A stretch of 64,000 nucleotides of DNA, from NCBI RefSeq assembly GCF_001194135.2, contig NC_068990.1:64045706-64109705 (forward strand). Direction: 5' to 3'. The notes under the pieces are model-generated. The model was not told the DNA's origin and did not search any database. It saw only the letters and a program-made list of their open reading frames with translations. This DNA is from Octopus bimaculoides. Taxonomy: Eukaryota. Positions 24,734 to 36,704 of the stretch are shown one piece after another (within the stretch, counting starts at the first letter, position 1; every line of letters starts with the position of its first letter). The position numbers and the translations under genes were made by a program.

Positions 24734-24871
24734 GCAAATCTTGCCTCACAAGCTGGACGCCTGGAGGTTGCTAATTCTGACCTGGCATCAGCTCAGGCAC
24801 AACTTGATGATAAGCAGCAAGAACTTGACAAAGTCCAAGCAATGTATGATGCTGCCATGAGAGAAAAACAG
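24734..24871 (+). CDS. DNAH5: Dynein heavy chain exon 9 (stalk CC2)
   Basis: atttcag|GCA AAT ... AAA CAG|gtaaga; ANLASQAGRLEVANSDLASAQAQLDDKQQELDKVQAMYDAAMREKQ; 138 nt, phase 0-0. Confidence 0.95.
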
Positions 24872-25492
24872 GTAAGAAAAGTGACAAACAACTGACAGGG
24901 TTTTAGTTTTCTTTGTTGTTAACCAACACATCAAACCTTTGTGGTCTCACTGCTTTGCTGGTTAGTAAAATTAAGATTGACTTAATTCACATTATCATTT
25001 CTTTCACAGGTATGAGTGTTTTTTAATGGTGATATAGAGGTAAAATCAATGGTTTAGTGCTACTCAACTTTAACCCTTTCGATACCAGCCTGGCTGAAAT
25101 TGCCTCTGGCTCTGAAGTACAAATGTCTTGTTTAAAAAAAAAAGTCTTGGCTCTCCTCTATCACATCAAATTTCCTGAAAGGACCAGATACATCAGATGA
25201 ATAAGTTTAAATTCATTTCATATTCTCAATATGGTACCCCATGAAGGGTGTAAATTCTCATATATGTATCTGACACATTGTAAAATCTGTGGGTGTTTTG
25301 TTAACACCCAACAACAACAGCCCATAAATTAAATAAATATACATATGTTTTGAGCTGGTATTTTTGAAGTTGACTAATCTTATCAGACACTATGAAACCT
25401 AATTTCATAGTGTCAATAGAGTAAATCAACTATTATTTAGACAGAAAGTGACATTATTTTACCTGAAAATCTCTGTTTAAATTGTCAATTAG

Positions 25493-25750
25493 ATCCTCCG
25501 AGAGGATGCTGAAGCTTGTCGTCGCAAAATGTCAAATGCAACAACATTGATTGAGGGCCTAGCTGGAGAACGTTTACGTTGGACAGAGGCAAGCAAAAGC
25601 TTTCAAGAACAGATCAAGAAACTCGTCGGTGATGTATTACTGGCAACTGGATTCTTATCATACTCAGGTCCTTTCAACCAAGAATTTAGAAACCGAATGA
25701 TAAAGATCTGGAAAAATGAAATGTCACAAGCAAATATACCTTTTACAGAA
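25493..25750 (+). CDS. DNAH5: Dynein heavy chain exon 10 (CC2 end)
   Basis: caattag|ATC CTC ... ACA GAA|gtaaga; [30 protein letters not shown]...[23 protein letters not shown]...IPFTE; 258 nt, phase 0-0. Confidence 0.95.
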
Positions 25751-26877
25751 GTAAGAAATACTTTTCTTCTTTCACTTTTACTTTTTCAGTCATTTGACTG
25801 CGGTTATGCTGGAGCACTGCCTTGTAGAATTTTTAGTTGAACAAATCAACCCCATGACTTATTTTTTAAGTCCTAGTACTTATTCTATCAGTCTCTATTG
25901 CTGAACTGCTAAGTTACAGGGACATAGACACACTGGTTGTCAGGCAATGTTGGGGTGACAGATTGACACACCACACACACACACGCATACAAAACACATA
26001 ATATATGACGGACTTCTTTCAGTTTCCATCTACCAAATCCACTCACAAGGTTTTGATCAGCTCAAGATTATAGTAGAAGACACTTGCCCAAAATGCCACA
26101 CGGTGGGACTGAATCTGGAACCATGTGGCTGGGAAGCAAGCTTCTAACCACACAGCCACACCTGTTTATTTCCTTATTGTAATTCATAGAAGTCTTATGG
26201 GACAAATTGGTTTCTTTAATACTTTACATATACTTGCTTGCCATAAGTGGATGGGTTTGTTTATTTATTTATTTATCTATTTCATTTCATTTTTGAGATT
26301 CAAATATTTGCAATGAATTGTTGCATAACTATTTTTACTACTAAATATATTACTCTACCAAACATGAACCACTCAGCTATGAAGTGAAACGAATATATTT
26401 ATTTTATTCTTTGTAGACAGAAACGTCTGAAGCAAGAAGAGTAATATACCATGCTAGATGAGATTATACAATGCTTTAGCAAGGTTTAAAAACATTACTT
26501 TGTAGGAAAATAGGTAGCAGTAAAACTTCACAGTTATTTTGTTGTATTTCATAAAATTTTTTCAGATGTATGCAATGTTTGGACTGGCCTTAAATTCATT
26601 TGTTTTAAGAATGTTTTATCAGTTCAATACTCCAGTAGGTCATATTAAACTTTGTATAGATGGGAAACTGAAATTTCGACATTTCAAAACTACATATATC
26701 TTGATGTATGTTTACTTTGCAAAATATTTCTGTAGCTTTCATTACAAGCCTGTCACCTCAAAAGATTTGTCATTACATCAACCAACACTTCACCATGCAG
26801 TCCACAATGTATTTAACCAGAACATGTGCCACACAAACCCCAGTTCTACAGTTCTATGGAATAGCCAAGAATTACAT

Positions 26878-26913
<36 letters not shown>

Positions 26914-27000
26914 ATATCCTAAATTGTATTTTAAAGATTACTCAACTGATTAGCATAAAGCCTCTCCCCAATACACTCCACTTTGTCATTCGTACTTCAT

Positions 27001-27107
27001 TCCATAATGGCTACCTCTGATGAGCACAGGGTTATATAATTGGACTGTTACCTAATACTCCGTTGAATCCTCAATGTGAAACCGATTGACAAGATCGGCC
27101 GTATGGA
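27001..27107 (+). ncRNA. Candidate degenerate type I hammerhead ribozyme
   Basis: CTGATGA 27017-23; stem II GCA/TGT plus AGGGTT/AATCCT; GAAA 27078-81; stem III CCGAT/ATCGG; distal stem I TCCATA/TATGGA. U16.1 is C and proximal stem I is broken. Confidence 0.5.
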
Positions 27108-27599
27108 TATATGATACTGTACATTTCAATTAATATGTATATGTATAAGACCAAAAAGAGAATTATACATCTTCAAAATTTATTAAATTATTATTCTCAT
27201 CAAATTCTAATCCAACATGTGGTTCTGCTGGATAAACATCCTAATCTTCTTTGCAGTAGCATTTATGTACATTTAGTCAATTTAAACTAAATCAGTTGCA
27301 GTACATATTTATCCAAGGTAGCCATTCCTATGCAGCTTTGTTCAGGGATTTTCCCCACTGGGGTGGACGAAGCTGACTTCTTTATGATGTCTTGATGATA
27401 TACTCTGCATGTCGTGTGGAATCTAATGAAGTTAACTCGGGGTTTATCTATTGAGTGAAATACTTTGTAATTGTTTATCTTAAACAGTTCTGTATGCTCC
27501 CTACCCCAAATTTACTGGCCTTGTGCCAAAATTTGAAACCAATATTGATAAAGACTGAGTCTTCATACAGTTAAAGAAGACAAGATTGGTATAAATCTA

Positions 27600-27895
27600 T
27601 TGAAGGAAGTTATCTGGGGGTTTCTGTTCATAGAGTCAGTACAGATATGATGACATGGTGTGAGGTGTCTTGGATGCATGTGGATGTTGCCTGTATGTGG
27701 AAAGTTAATAATGAATGAGGGGTGTATAATCTGCAGTGGTTGTTGTTGGTTGTTGATATATAGTTGCAAGAATGTGGAGAATGAAATTAAACCCTGCAGC
27801 ACACCACATTTGATAGAGTGTATGTCCACAGCATAAACTGCAGTAAACTGGTAAATCAGTCATAAAATCTGTCTTAAGAGATCTGTACATAGACT
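27600..27895 (-). mobile_element. Decayed CR1/L2/Jockey-like RT fragment
   Basis: HSIKCGVLQGLISFSTFLQLYINN resembles the GVPQGS.L.P.LF.LYINDL RT motif. Confidence 0.45.
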
Positions 27896-27921
27896 AAAGT
27901 CTTTGTTGTCTTTTCAATAAG

Positions 27922-28116
27922 GATCTCAACATAGTTGCAATGTTAGCTGAGAATTCAACCATCACAGAGTGGAATCTTCAAGGTCTTCCTAATGATGAAC
28001 TCTCCATCCAAAATGGACTGATTGTCAATGAAGCAGCTCGTTACCCTCTACTAATTGATCCACAAGGTCAAGGGAAGAGCTGGATAAAGAATCGAGAAAA
28101 GGCTAACGAATTACAG
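27922..28116 (+). CDS. DNAH5: Dynein heavy chain exon 11 (AAA5)
   Basis: caataag|GAT CTC ... TTA CAG|gtgaga; [65 protein letters not shown]; 195 nt, phase 0-0. Confidence 0.95.
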
Positions 28117-29166
28117 GTGAGAGTTTCTAATTTTTTTTTTTTCAGGACTTGTGCACTTGAATCAATCAGAATCTCTTTTTCTTTTTTCACTTACAGCCTA
28201 AGTTGCATCAATCAAAGACTTTGTGACTGATAATTATTCCTGTTTCTTTAGTACCAATCCCCGACTTATTTCATCATGTTATAAATTTAATGTCCATGTT
28301 TGAGTTGTGAACAGATATAGATACACTCTTGAGCCAGTGAAATATCCTAGATGTTTTAGCTGTTATGCGTGTGTGTGTGAGAGAGAGAGAGAGAGCTGCA
28401 CTAGATCTTGGTTGATGTTCATCTTCAGCCACGTAAACTGGAAGCATATGATATAAAGTGCCTTGCGCAAAGACACAACACACTGTCTGGACCCGGAATT
28501 GAACACATAACTTTATGGTCATAAGCCAAACATCCCTAACTACTAGACTGTACAATGTTTTAGTAACCTAATTGATGTATAGTGACGTATGAAGTAAGTA
28601 GTGCTTCAAGTTTTGAGAGGGTTTTAGTTTATACCTCAAAACAAGAACTTACCACCAGCATATCAATATTTCTATATTAATTCTATGTATGCTGATTGGT
28701 TGAAGTGGTGGCCTTCATTCACGTATTCAATATACAACTACCTGTGCCTCCCAAGAAAGGTAGCTTTATATACTTTCTTTACAAGAAATCATTATTTGTT
28801 AACCAAGGTCATTTACTACTACTGCTACTACTACTACTAAAATGATGAATATGTACATTGCATCCAGTAACTCAATCGACCACCTATGTGCCATTTGTTT
28901 ACTTCGTCTGCTATTTCTAGCAGGTTGAGCAACTATATAGAGGCATCCTTCACAGGCCTTGTAATGAAAGTAAGGCACTATGGCTATTATGGAAATTTAA
29001 GTATTGACATGTATTTATCCTGTCAGATTCTCAAAAGCTTAGTAATTAATTAAAGTAACTCTTGGGCTTCAGTTTTTTCGTTTTGATTTTTGTTTTTTGT
29101 TGTCTTTTTGTGGAGGAAGATATTTTTCCATATCTTTTGTCTGAATTTCCAGAATATCATCTACAA

Positions 29167-29451
29167 CAGTGGTTCTCAACCGGGGCCCACACAAGCAAAA
29201 TAGTAAATTGGGGACCCACAGTAATATATTAAAGATCCATGAAAAAATTTTGGTTTAGATGTATTTATTGCAAGAAAAAATTAGGTTTACATAGTTCAAC
29301 TTAGACAAGTTAATGTGTGCAAAGCAAAATAGGAAATTTGAAAGAAGTATCTATAAAACTAATTTTTAAACATCGAGAGGCTATGGGGGGTCCACCAGAA
29401 TAAAATAGTAATCAAAGGGGTACATAGATAAAAAATGGTTGAGAGTCACTG
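29167..29451. mobile_element. hAT MITE, reverse-orientation copy of the 7714-8045 family
   Basis: cagtggttctcaacc ... ggttgagagtcactg with a perfect 8-bp TSD ATCTACAA. The interior is the reverse complement of the 7.7-kb copy with a deletion. Confidence 0.9.
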
Positions 29452-32049
29452 ATCTACAATATTTAATCCAGCTGTAAACCTTTTCCACTTTAAATCTATA
29501 GATTTTGAGCATTTGAGTATCTGTCTGTATATATTGTGTGCACACACACAATACGTACCTATACATAAACAAATATATAGACAGAAATGTAGATAGATAA
29601 ATTTGTGTATGGTTGTGCATATACAGTTGTATTTAACAATATATGTATCTATGTATGCACTTTACACATATAAATGTCTATGTGTGAATGTTTACGTATG
29701 TATATGATAATATACATGACACCCATGAGAGTGAGTGGGAGAATGCGTTTATCAGATTATATATGTGGATAGGTAGATGTGTGAATAAATATGTATATGA
29801 ATATATGTATGTTTTGCTTGTGGGTGGTTAGAAGTATATATGTAATATTCATAGAGATCAGAAGGCATAACACCATAGTTAATGAAACAAGTAACTTTTT
29901 GATTAAATTTTTCTACTTTTTTAATATTCTATTGCAAATATTGAAATTTTCAAACGCCATCTCAAAGTAACACATTGTTAGATAAATAATGGATATTAAA
30001 CTCATACATATATCTACACCGACTCATAAAAACAAAACATTTTCTTTCTTGTTTTCCATTTTTTTTAAAGAACATTTTGAAAATAATAAAGCCACACCTC
30101 ACATTTTGTTTATTGCTATTATTGTGACCGTTGCTGATGTTGTTACTAATAAATTGTTGTTATTGTTTGCTGTGAATAGTTACATTTCACAGAGCTTCAC
30201 TTAGAAAATGATTTCTAGCAGGATTTCTTACGTAAAAACGTTATATTTTGGTTCTTTTTTTTCCAAGAAAAGACTTCTGAATATTCAAAACTTCCACCTC
30301 ATTACCTGGGGTAGAAAAGAAGCTTCCTTCTTCAATATTTTTATCATGTACATATATTTTGGAAAATATCTATTTTGCTATGTTTATTGGTGACCATACT
30401 GAAGGTGCATGGCTCTGTGACTAATGTGAAGGCACATGGCTCAGTGGTAAGTGTGTCAGGCTCACAATCATGAGGTAGTGAGTTTGATTCCTGAACCAGA
30501 TTGTTGTGTTCTTGACCAAGACACTTTATTTCATGTTGCTCCAGTTCACTCATCTGTAGAAATGAGTTGTGACATCACAAGCTGTATCGGCCTCTGCCTT
30601 TCCCTTGGATAACATTCGTAGCATGGAGAGGGGAGGCTGGTATATATGGGTGGACTGCTGGTCTTCCATAAACAACCTTGCCTCAGAGGAGAACTTTCTA
30701 GGTGCAATCCCATGGTCATTCATGGCCGAAAGGATCTTTACCCTTTACATAGTCACCTCAGCTGCGATGAGAGGAATTGCTCCTCTTGTGATGATGAAGA
30801 GTTGGTAGTAAGTGAAGCAGAGTTAGCAGACTGCTGGAAAGAGGGCAAACGACAAGAAAAGGCTCCATCACTAACAAAAAAAAAGAAAATAAATAAACAG
30901 ACAGCTACATTTCAACAGAAGGCAAGTAAAACATATGAGAAGCCTGTCTCCTTTAATGTTGCCTTATAATTCATATTTCTTTGCAAAAACAAACAAAACT
31001 GATGAATAACATAAAAGACTTACAGAATTATATCAGGACAAATTCAATGCAGATTATTGAGGTGACTGGATCTGAATGCAAGAAACTTGGTATGATAGGA
31101 TACTAATGAAAACCTTCAAACAATACTAAAAATAACTTTACATAATCAACCACCAAGACAAGGGTCATTTGAAACAAGCAAGTATGTAGATTCTGACACC
31201 AGAAAAATAATGGTGGAGGGAGAGAGAATCAAAGTTATAGGAGGAACCTTGATCTGACTCTAGAATAGAGGTGTCTTATCTGTATGTTGATAGGTTATCC
31301 AATTCAAGGTTCACATTTCTTATTTAGATTTCTTTATTTAATTTAAATAATCTTATTCTAATTATTATGTTTTATATAACCCTAAATCTTTGTGTTTTTA
31401 AATTATATCAAATTTTTAACAAGTTGACCACCAATCATTTTCATATTCTGAGTTCAAATTCTGCCAGGGTCGACTTTGCCTTTCATCCTTTTGGGGTTGA
31501 TAAACCAAGTACCAGTTCAGTACTGGGGTCACTGTAATTGACTTACCCGCTTCCTTGAACTTGCTGGCCTTAAGCCAAAATTTGAAATTAATGTGTTGAC
31601 CAACCATGCAGATGCCATCTCTCATTGACTCAAAGTAAATTCAGTTGTTGTTTAGCTTCAGATCAGTCTTGAAAAAGTGTTTCATCCTGTCTTTTTGTAT
31701 ATCAAGAATTACATTGTTCTATATATTCTTTATAGTGGTAAGATGTGATTTTGGAGAATATCGTGCTACTATTTCTTGCAGGTCAAGCAAAATTCTTGAA
31801 CATTGAGATCAATATATGTTGACATTATCATACTGACTTGATAGCAATACGACAGGAACAATTCATTCTTTCTATCTCGCATTCTCTCTCTTGCACTCTG
31901 GTTCCTTCAGAAAGATTGTTGATCTAAGAGACAGTGTGAAATATGAGTTACTTTGAGAGGGTATGATCAGTGGAGAGAGGTAGGTCTGGTACTATTCCTC
32001 CCCACTTCCAGAGGCGGGTTTTTTTCATCTTGCAAAGTATTCTGTAACC

Positions 32050-32336
32050 CTGTCAGTGCTGGTGTCATGTAACAAGTATTAGTGACAATACCATGTAACA
32101 AACAATGCTTTTGCTGGTGCCATATAAAAAGCACTGGTACTGGTGCCACATAAAAAGCAATGGCGTTGGTGCCACATAAAAAGCATGCAGTACACTTTGT
32201 AGAGTGGTTGGCATAAGGAAGGTCATCCAGCTGTAGAAACCAAACCAAAACAGACTATGGAACCTGGTGTGGCTTCTGACCTTGCCAGCTCCTGTCAAAC
32301 CATCCAAACCATGCCAGCATGGAAAATAGATGTTAA
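32050..32336 (+). mobile_element. RTE-type 3' tail copy (family B)
   Basis: Repeated ggtgccacataaaaagca units, then the shared tail. Further plus copies at about 34215-34520 (old), 48262-48456, 55185-55404 and 57362-57455. Confidence 0.8.
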
Positions 32337-32547
32337 CCCTTTAGTGTTCAAGTTAATATGTCAAAAGTAATCCTTATTCATTTACATTTAAAAAAATTAA
32401 TCTGGTATTATCTTGTAGCTTCAAGATTTGAAAGATGTAATTATTTTATTTTTAGAATGACATTGCAGGGTAGGTGTGAGATACTGGTTCTGGCCAGTTT
32501 GAGCATAAAATGAGTAGAATATTTGGGCCGGATATAGCCGACGATGA
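32337..32547. mobile_element. piggyBac-like MITE with one end deleted, nested in an RTE-type tail
   Basis: Begins TTAA|CCCTTTAG; its body is the reverse complement of 36493-36704. Confidence 0.6.
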
Positions 32548-32668
32548 CATCGACAATGATGACAAATTCTTTCAGCCCAAATCAACAAAGAAAAGAGGTG
32601 TTAAAGTAATGACGTTGATAGATATATATAACAGAAATTATAATGATTTTCAATCTATTTTGTTTTGC

Positions 32669-32744
<76 letters not shown>

Positions 32745-34599
32745 CAAGTGGTCCTCTTTTGATAAAACAGTCTCTTAAATACTAGATCAATACTGACTTT
32801 AAAATTTATATTTCAAATCATTATGCTGTCCCTCCCAGCTATGAGTAACTATATTTATGTTTGTCTTTGTCTGAAAACAATTTGCTCTCACATCAGGTTT
32901 CATGTTGAGTGGTTAGCATTATAAAATAACAGATGTCTGGCTATAAAATTCAACTTTTAACAATTTTATACAAGTTTCAAAATTTGCAGTTCCATTCACA
33001 CCCATTATAGAATATAAAAAGTTAAATAATAGCAGTCAACTGAATTAACAAACTCTACATATTTCAGAATGGCTATTCAGCTATGAAATATTTTTCAAAG
33101 CAACAAGAAAAAATTCTGATACTTTATATATATATTTATATATATATATTCAAATATGAATCAAAAACAGCTTGAGCGTTGTAAACAATATCAAACACAC
33201 GTACACAATGTATGCGTTTGCTAGTTTTCTGGTCGACTGTGATTCAACACAGTGGAGATGACTTTTGAAAAGCACCAGGTGTTAAAACACCTAAAAGTCA
33301 TAGACAGGCAAGACAACTCACTCCAGATCCCATCTAGGAGCAATAGACATCGATACTCCGCCATTTTTGTGCCTTCATGACATCATGTACCTGAACCAAA
33401 TCAGAGGCAAACTGAATTGCCTGTCCATGACTGTATGCAAGACAGTGTAAAAATCATCTGTTTCTATGCTCCGATGATGCATACTTAGGAATAAATTAAA
33501 ATATCAATTAGATGCTGAGCTAATGTTGTAAACATTATGGAATACACATAGTGTATGTGCCTTGTTTGTTCGCCATAGGCTGTGATTTGATGAGGTGGGA
33601 CACTAGCACTGCTTCTAATTGATATTTTAATGTGTGTGTGTGTGTGTGTGTATGAAAGAAACTAGCATTCAACATATTTGATTGGAATTATATATATTCC
33701 ATAACATTTTGCCTCAGTTCCACCTGACAAAGTTTTGTGGCACTTAGGACACGTGCAGCTCATCAAATATTTGGAGGCAGAATCTGCCTCCGAACATCTA
33801 ATGAGATGTATAAATCTTAACTAGGTCTACTCCAATCTTCATCTTCCAGAAGTGAATAAAATAAGAATTGTATCCTAGAAGACAGCACCCTAGATTGGCT
33901 ACATTCCAATCAATAAAACCTTTCAAAAAATAAAAGTATATGTTTTGGTAATAACTCGTACTCATAAAGTAAAAAGATAATTTTTAAATTAACAAACATG
34001 TTTTAGAAAGGAAATATTTGACTGAAATAAAACAAATATAGTGACAATAACAATAAATTTCAGTTAGATAATTACTTTATTGGAATTTTCTTGAATTACT
34101 ACATTTTCATTGTAAATCATTTCCTTGTTATTAACATTAAAGTGCGTTTGACTAATGCATTTTCTGTGTTAAGTTTCTGTATTTTTTATTAGTTTTGCCA
34201 CCAAGGACTTGACAAACTCTCTCAGTGCTGGTGCAGTGAATAAATGCACCCAATACTTGAAGATAATAAGAGGAAACATAAATTTTAGGGGCTCACTCTT
34301 GTCCAGTCTCATTGAGAACTTCATAACCTCTCTAGTGCTGTTGCCATAATAAAATGCACTTTGTCCAATCTTTTAAGTAGTTTGTGGTAGAAAGGACATC
34401 CACCCTTAGGAACTAAGCCAAAATGTGACATAGACTTCAGTCTGTGAGACCAGTGACTCTCAATATGAACTTATTTGTACTGTAATGACACATCTATACT
34501 ATGCCAGCATAGATAGTAGATGTCAGATAATGATGAAGTGTAAAATTTTCTAAATTTGATAATTATCAAAGGTAGTCAAATCTTGTCAAATTTTCCCAA

Positions 34600-35427
34600 A
34601 CTTAGTGATTTTTGCCCAAAGTCTTTCAATATAATGTCTGGCCTATTTGCACCTATCTTTCTGTCAGTTTGAATGGTGAAGTTCTAGAGGAGTGAGATGT
34701 GATCATTTTCAAGCGCTGGAGGTGGTTTGTGTTCCCACCAGTTTTTGTCATGGGGCAAGTCCAGGTTTTTGCAAATTACTCAGTGAATATATTGTGCAGC
34801 TCTGTCATATCTGCTGAGATATACTGTAGGTGCAAGAACACTGCATATGGAGACAACATGATCAATGGTTTCATTTTGTTGTTGACATACATGACATGTT
34901 GAGCAGCTGCCATTCCTTAATATGTTGGCCAGGTAGTTTCTTGTAGGTAGGCATTGATCTTGGGCTGCTATGATAAACCCTTCTGTTTCTGATTTTAAGC
35001 CAGAAGCCATTAACCATTGATGGGTAAGGGCTTTGTCAACATCAGCATTATTAGCTCTCTTTGGGTATTTGCTATTGAGAGGTTTTTCTTGCCATTTATC
35101 AGTAAGAATATCTAAGGTAGCAGTATTAGCATGGGTCTTCATACGCTTAGCTTTATCTGTGCTTGTTTCTAGTATGCCTAATTCTGGAATTTGTTGTATT
35201 TGGAATTCACTTAGATATTCCTTTGCCTGTTTTGTTACTGAGTATGATGCTTTCTTGTTTTCATGTTTTGAGACAAGTTTTAACATCCAGTCCTCAGAAT
35301 TTTTCAGGTAGGTGTCTAGGCCAATTGTAGCAATCTTCATTGTTAATTCCAGTTGTAAAAGTCCACGGCCTCCCTCTTTTCTTGGCAGATAAAGTCGTTC
35401 TATATCCCCCTTAGGGTGGTGCATTCT
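34600..35427 (-). mobile_element. R4/Dong-clade non-LTR retrotransposon internal fragment (post-RT region, CCHC finger, start of restriction-like endonuclease)
   Basis: 214-aa ORF with HHPKGDIERLYLPRKEGGRGL, GLKSETEGFIIAAQDQCLPTRNY and CHVCQQQNETIDHVVSIC (CCHC). It continues past stops to KNWWEHKP...TIQTDRKIGANRPDII (PD of the PD-(D/E)xK motif). Confidence 0.9.
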
Positions 35428-36492
35428 ATCATCATCATCATCATCATCATTATTATGCTCAGCTCACATTTTTGAATAAACAATCTGTGACTATGTTGAT
35501 GTAAGGATTAATGATTTAATGTTGATAACCTCACTCTCGTTAAAAAATGCAAATTATAATAATTTCTGAAATATTTTGAGACTTGCACAGTTTTAAATTA
35601 GCCAGGATAAGCCTGAATCTTTATTTAAGGTTATCTGAATACTTGAAATTTGAGAATTTGGATGACCCCATTTTATTAAAAAATGCAAATTTTCAAAAAA
35701 TTTTCAAATATGTTAGAATTTCTAAAATTTATCCACTGATTCTCATTCAAATTAGTTAGTATATGATTTAATTATATCTAGAAGCATATTTGTAGAATTA
35801 AGATTTTATAACTTTGTTAGTATTTGAAATATGGCTATTTTGATAATACAAATGTTGTCAAAATTTGTGAGTATGTTAAAATATTCTTAAATTTCTCCAG
35901 AGTTATACTTTCAAATTTAGCTGATAAATATTAATTTTATTTCGTTTTTGTATTTGATTTGAAAGATTCTTGATGTGAATTTATGTGTTGCAACAAATCT
36001 TGTGTCTTGAGAGGGTCATTATGCCAATGATAATAATACATGCACTGGTTCAGTATCATTTTGTTGTTAGTCAATTGGTTAAATATCCATTAAACCAACT
36101 AACCAACCAATCATTTGTTTAATGTGCTGGTTAAACAATCATTCAACTGTTTGTTAGTCAAAGTACTTTCATCGCTATTGTTATGGCGAGAATCATGACA
36201 CCCCCTATGATAATGGACTAGCCAAACTCATACAAGTAGCATGTTTGACTTAGAGTGAGAGATGAGAAATTGCAGGAAGTCGAAAGTTGTCATTCGTGAG
36301 TTTGTGGAGTCACAGGAAACTGGTGAGAAGTTGCTATAGTGCATTGAGAGTTGTTTGGAATTGGTTACAGTTCTTAGCAGAGTATTTGGGAATGCATCAA
36401 GTGGAGACAGTTTGTGTCTGGAGTAAATTTACTTGACAAACCTCTTCTAACAAAATTCTGGTCTTGTGTCTATGTTAGAAACAACTATTTAA

Positions 36493-36704
36493 CACTTTAC
36501 TATTTAAACCAGCCATATCCAATCAAAATATTCTACTTGTTTTATGTTTAAACTGGCCATATCTGTTTTATCACACCTACCCGACAATGTCATTCTAAAA
36601 AATTAAGTTACCTCATCAAAATCTCATAGCTACAAGATAATGCATGATTAATTCAAAACAACGTGAATACATAAGCATTCAGAGTAATCTAAATACTAAA
36701 AGGA
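36493..36704. mobile_element. piggyBac-like MITE
   Basis: Flanked by TTAA at 36489-92 and 36705-08, with diverged ends cactttac / ctaaaagga; homologous to the 32.3-kb copy. Confidence 0.65.
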
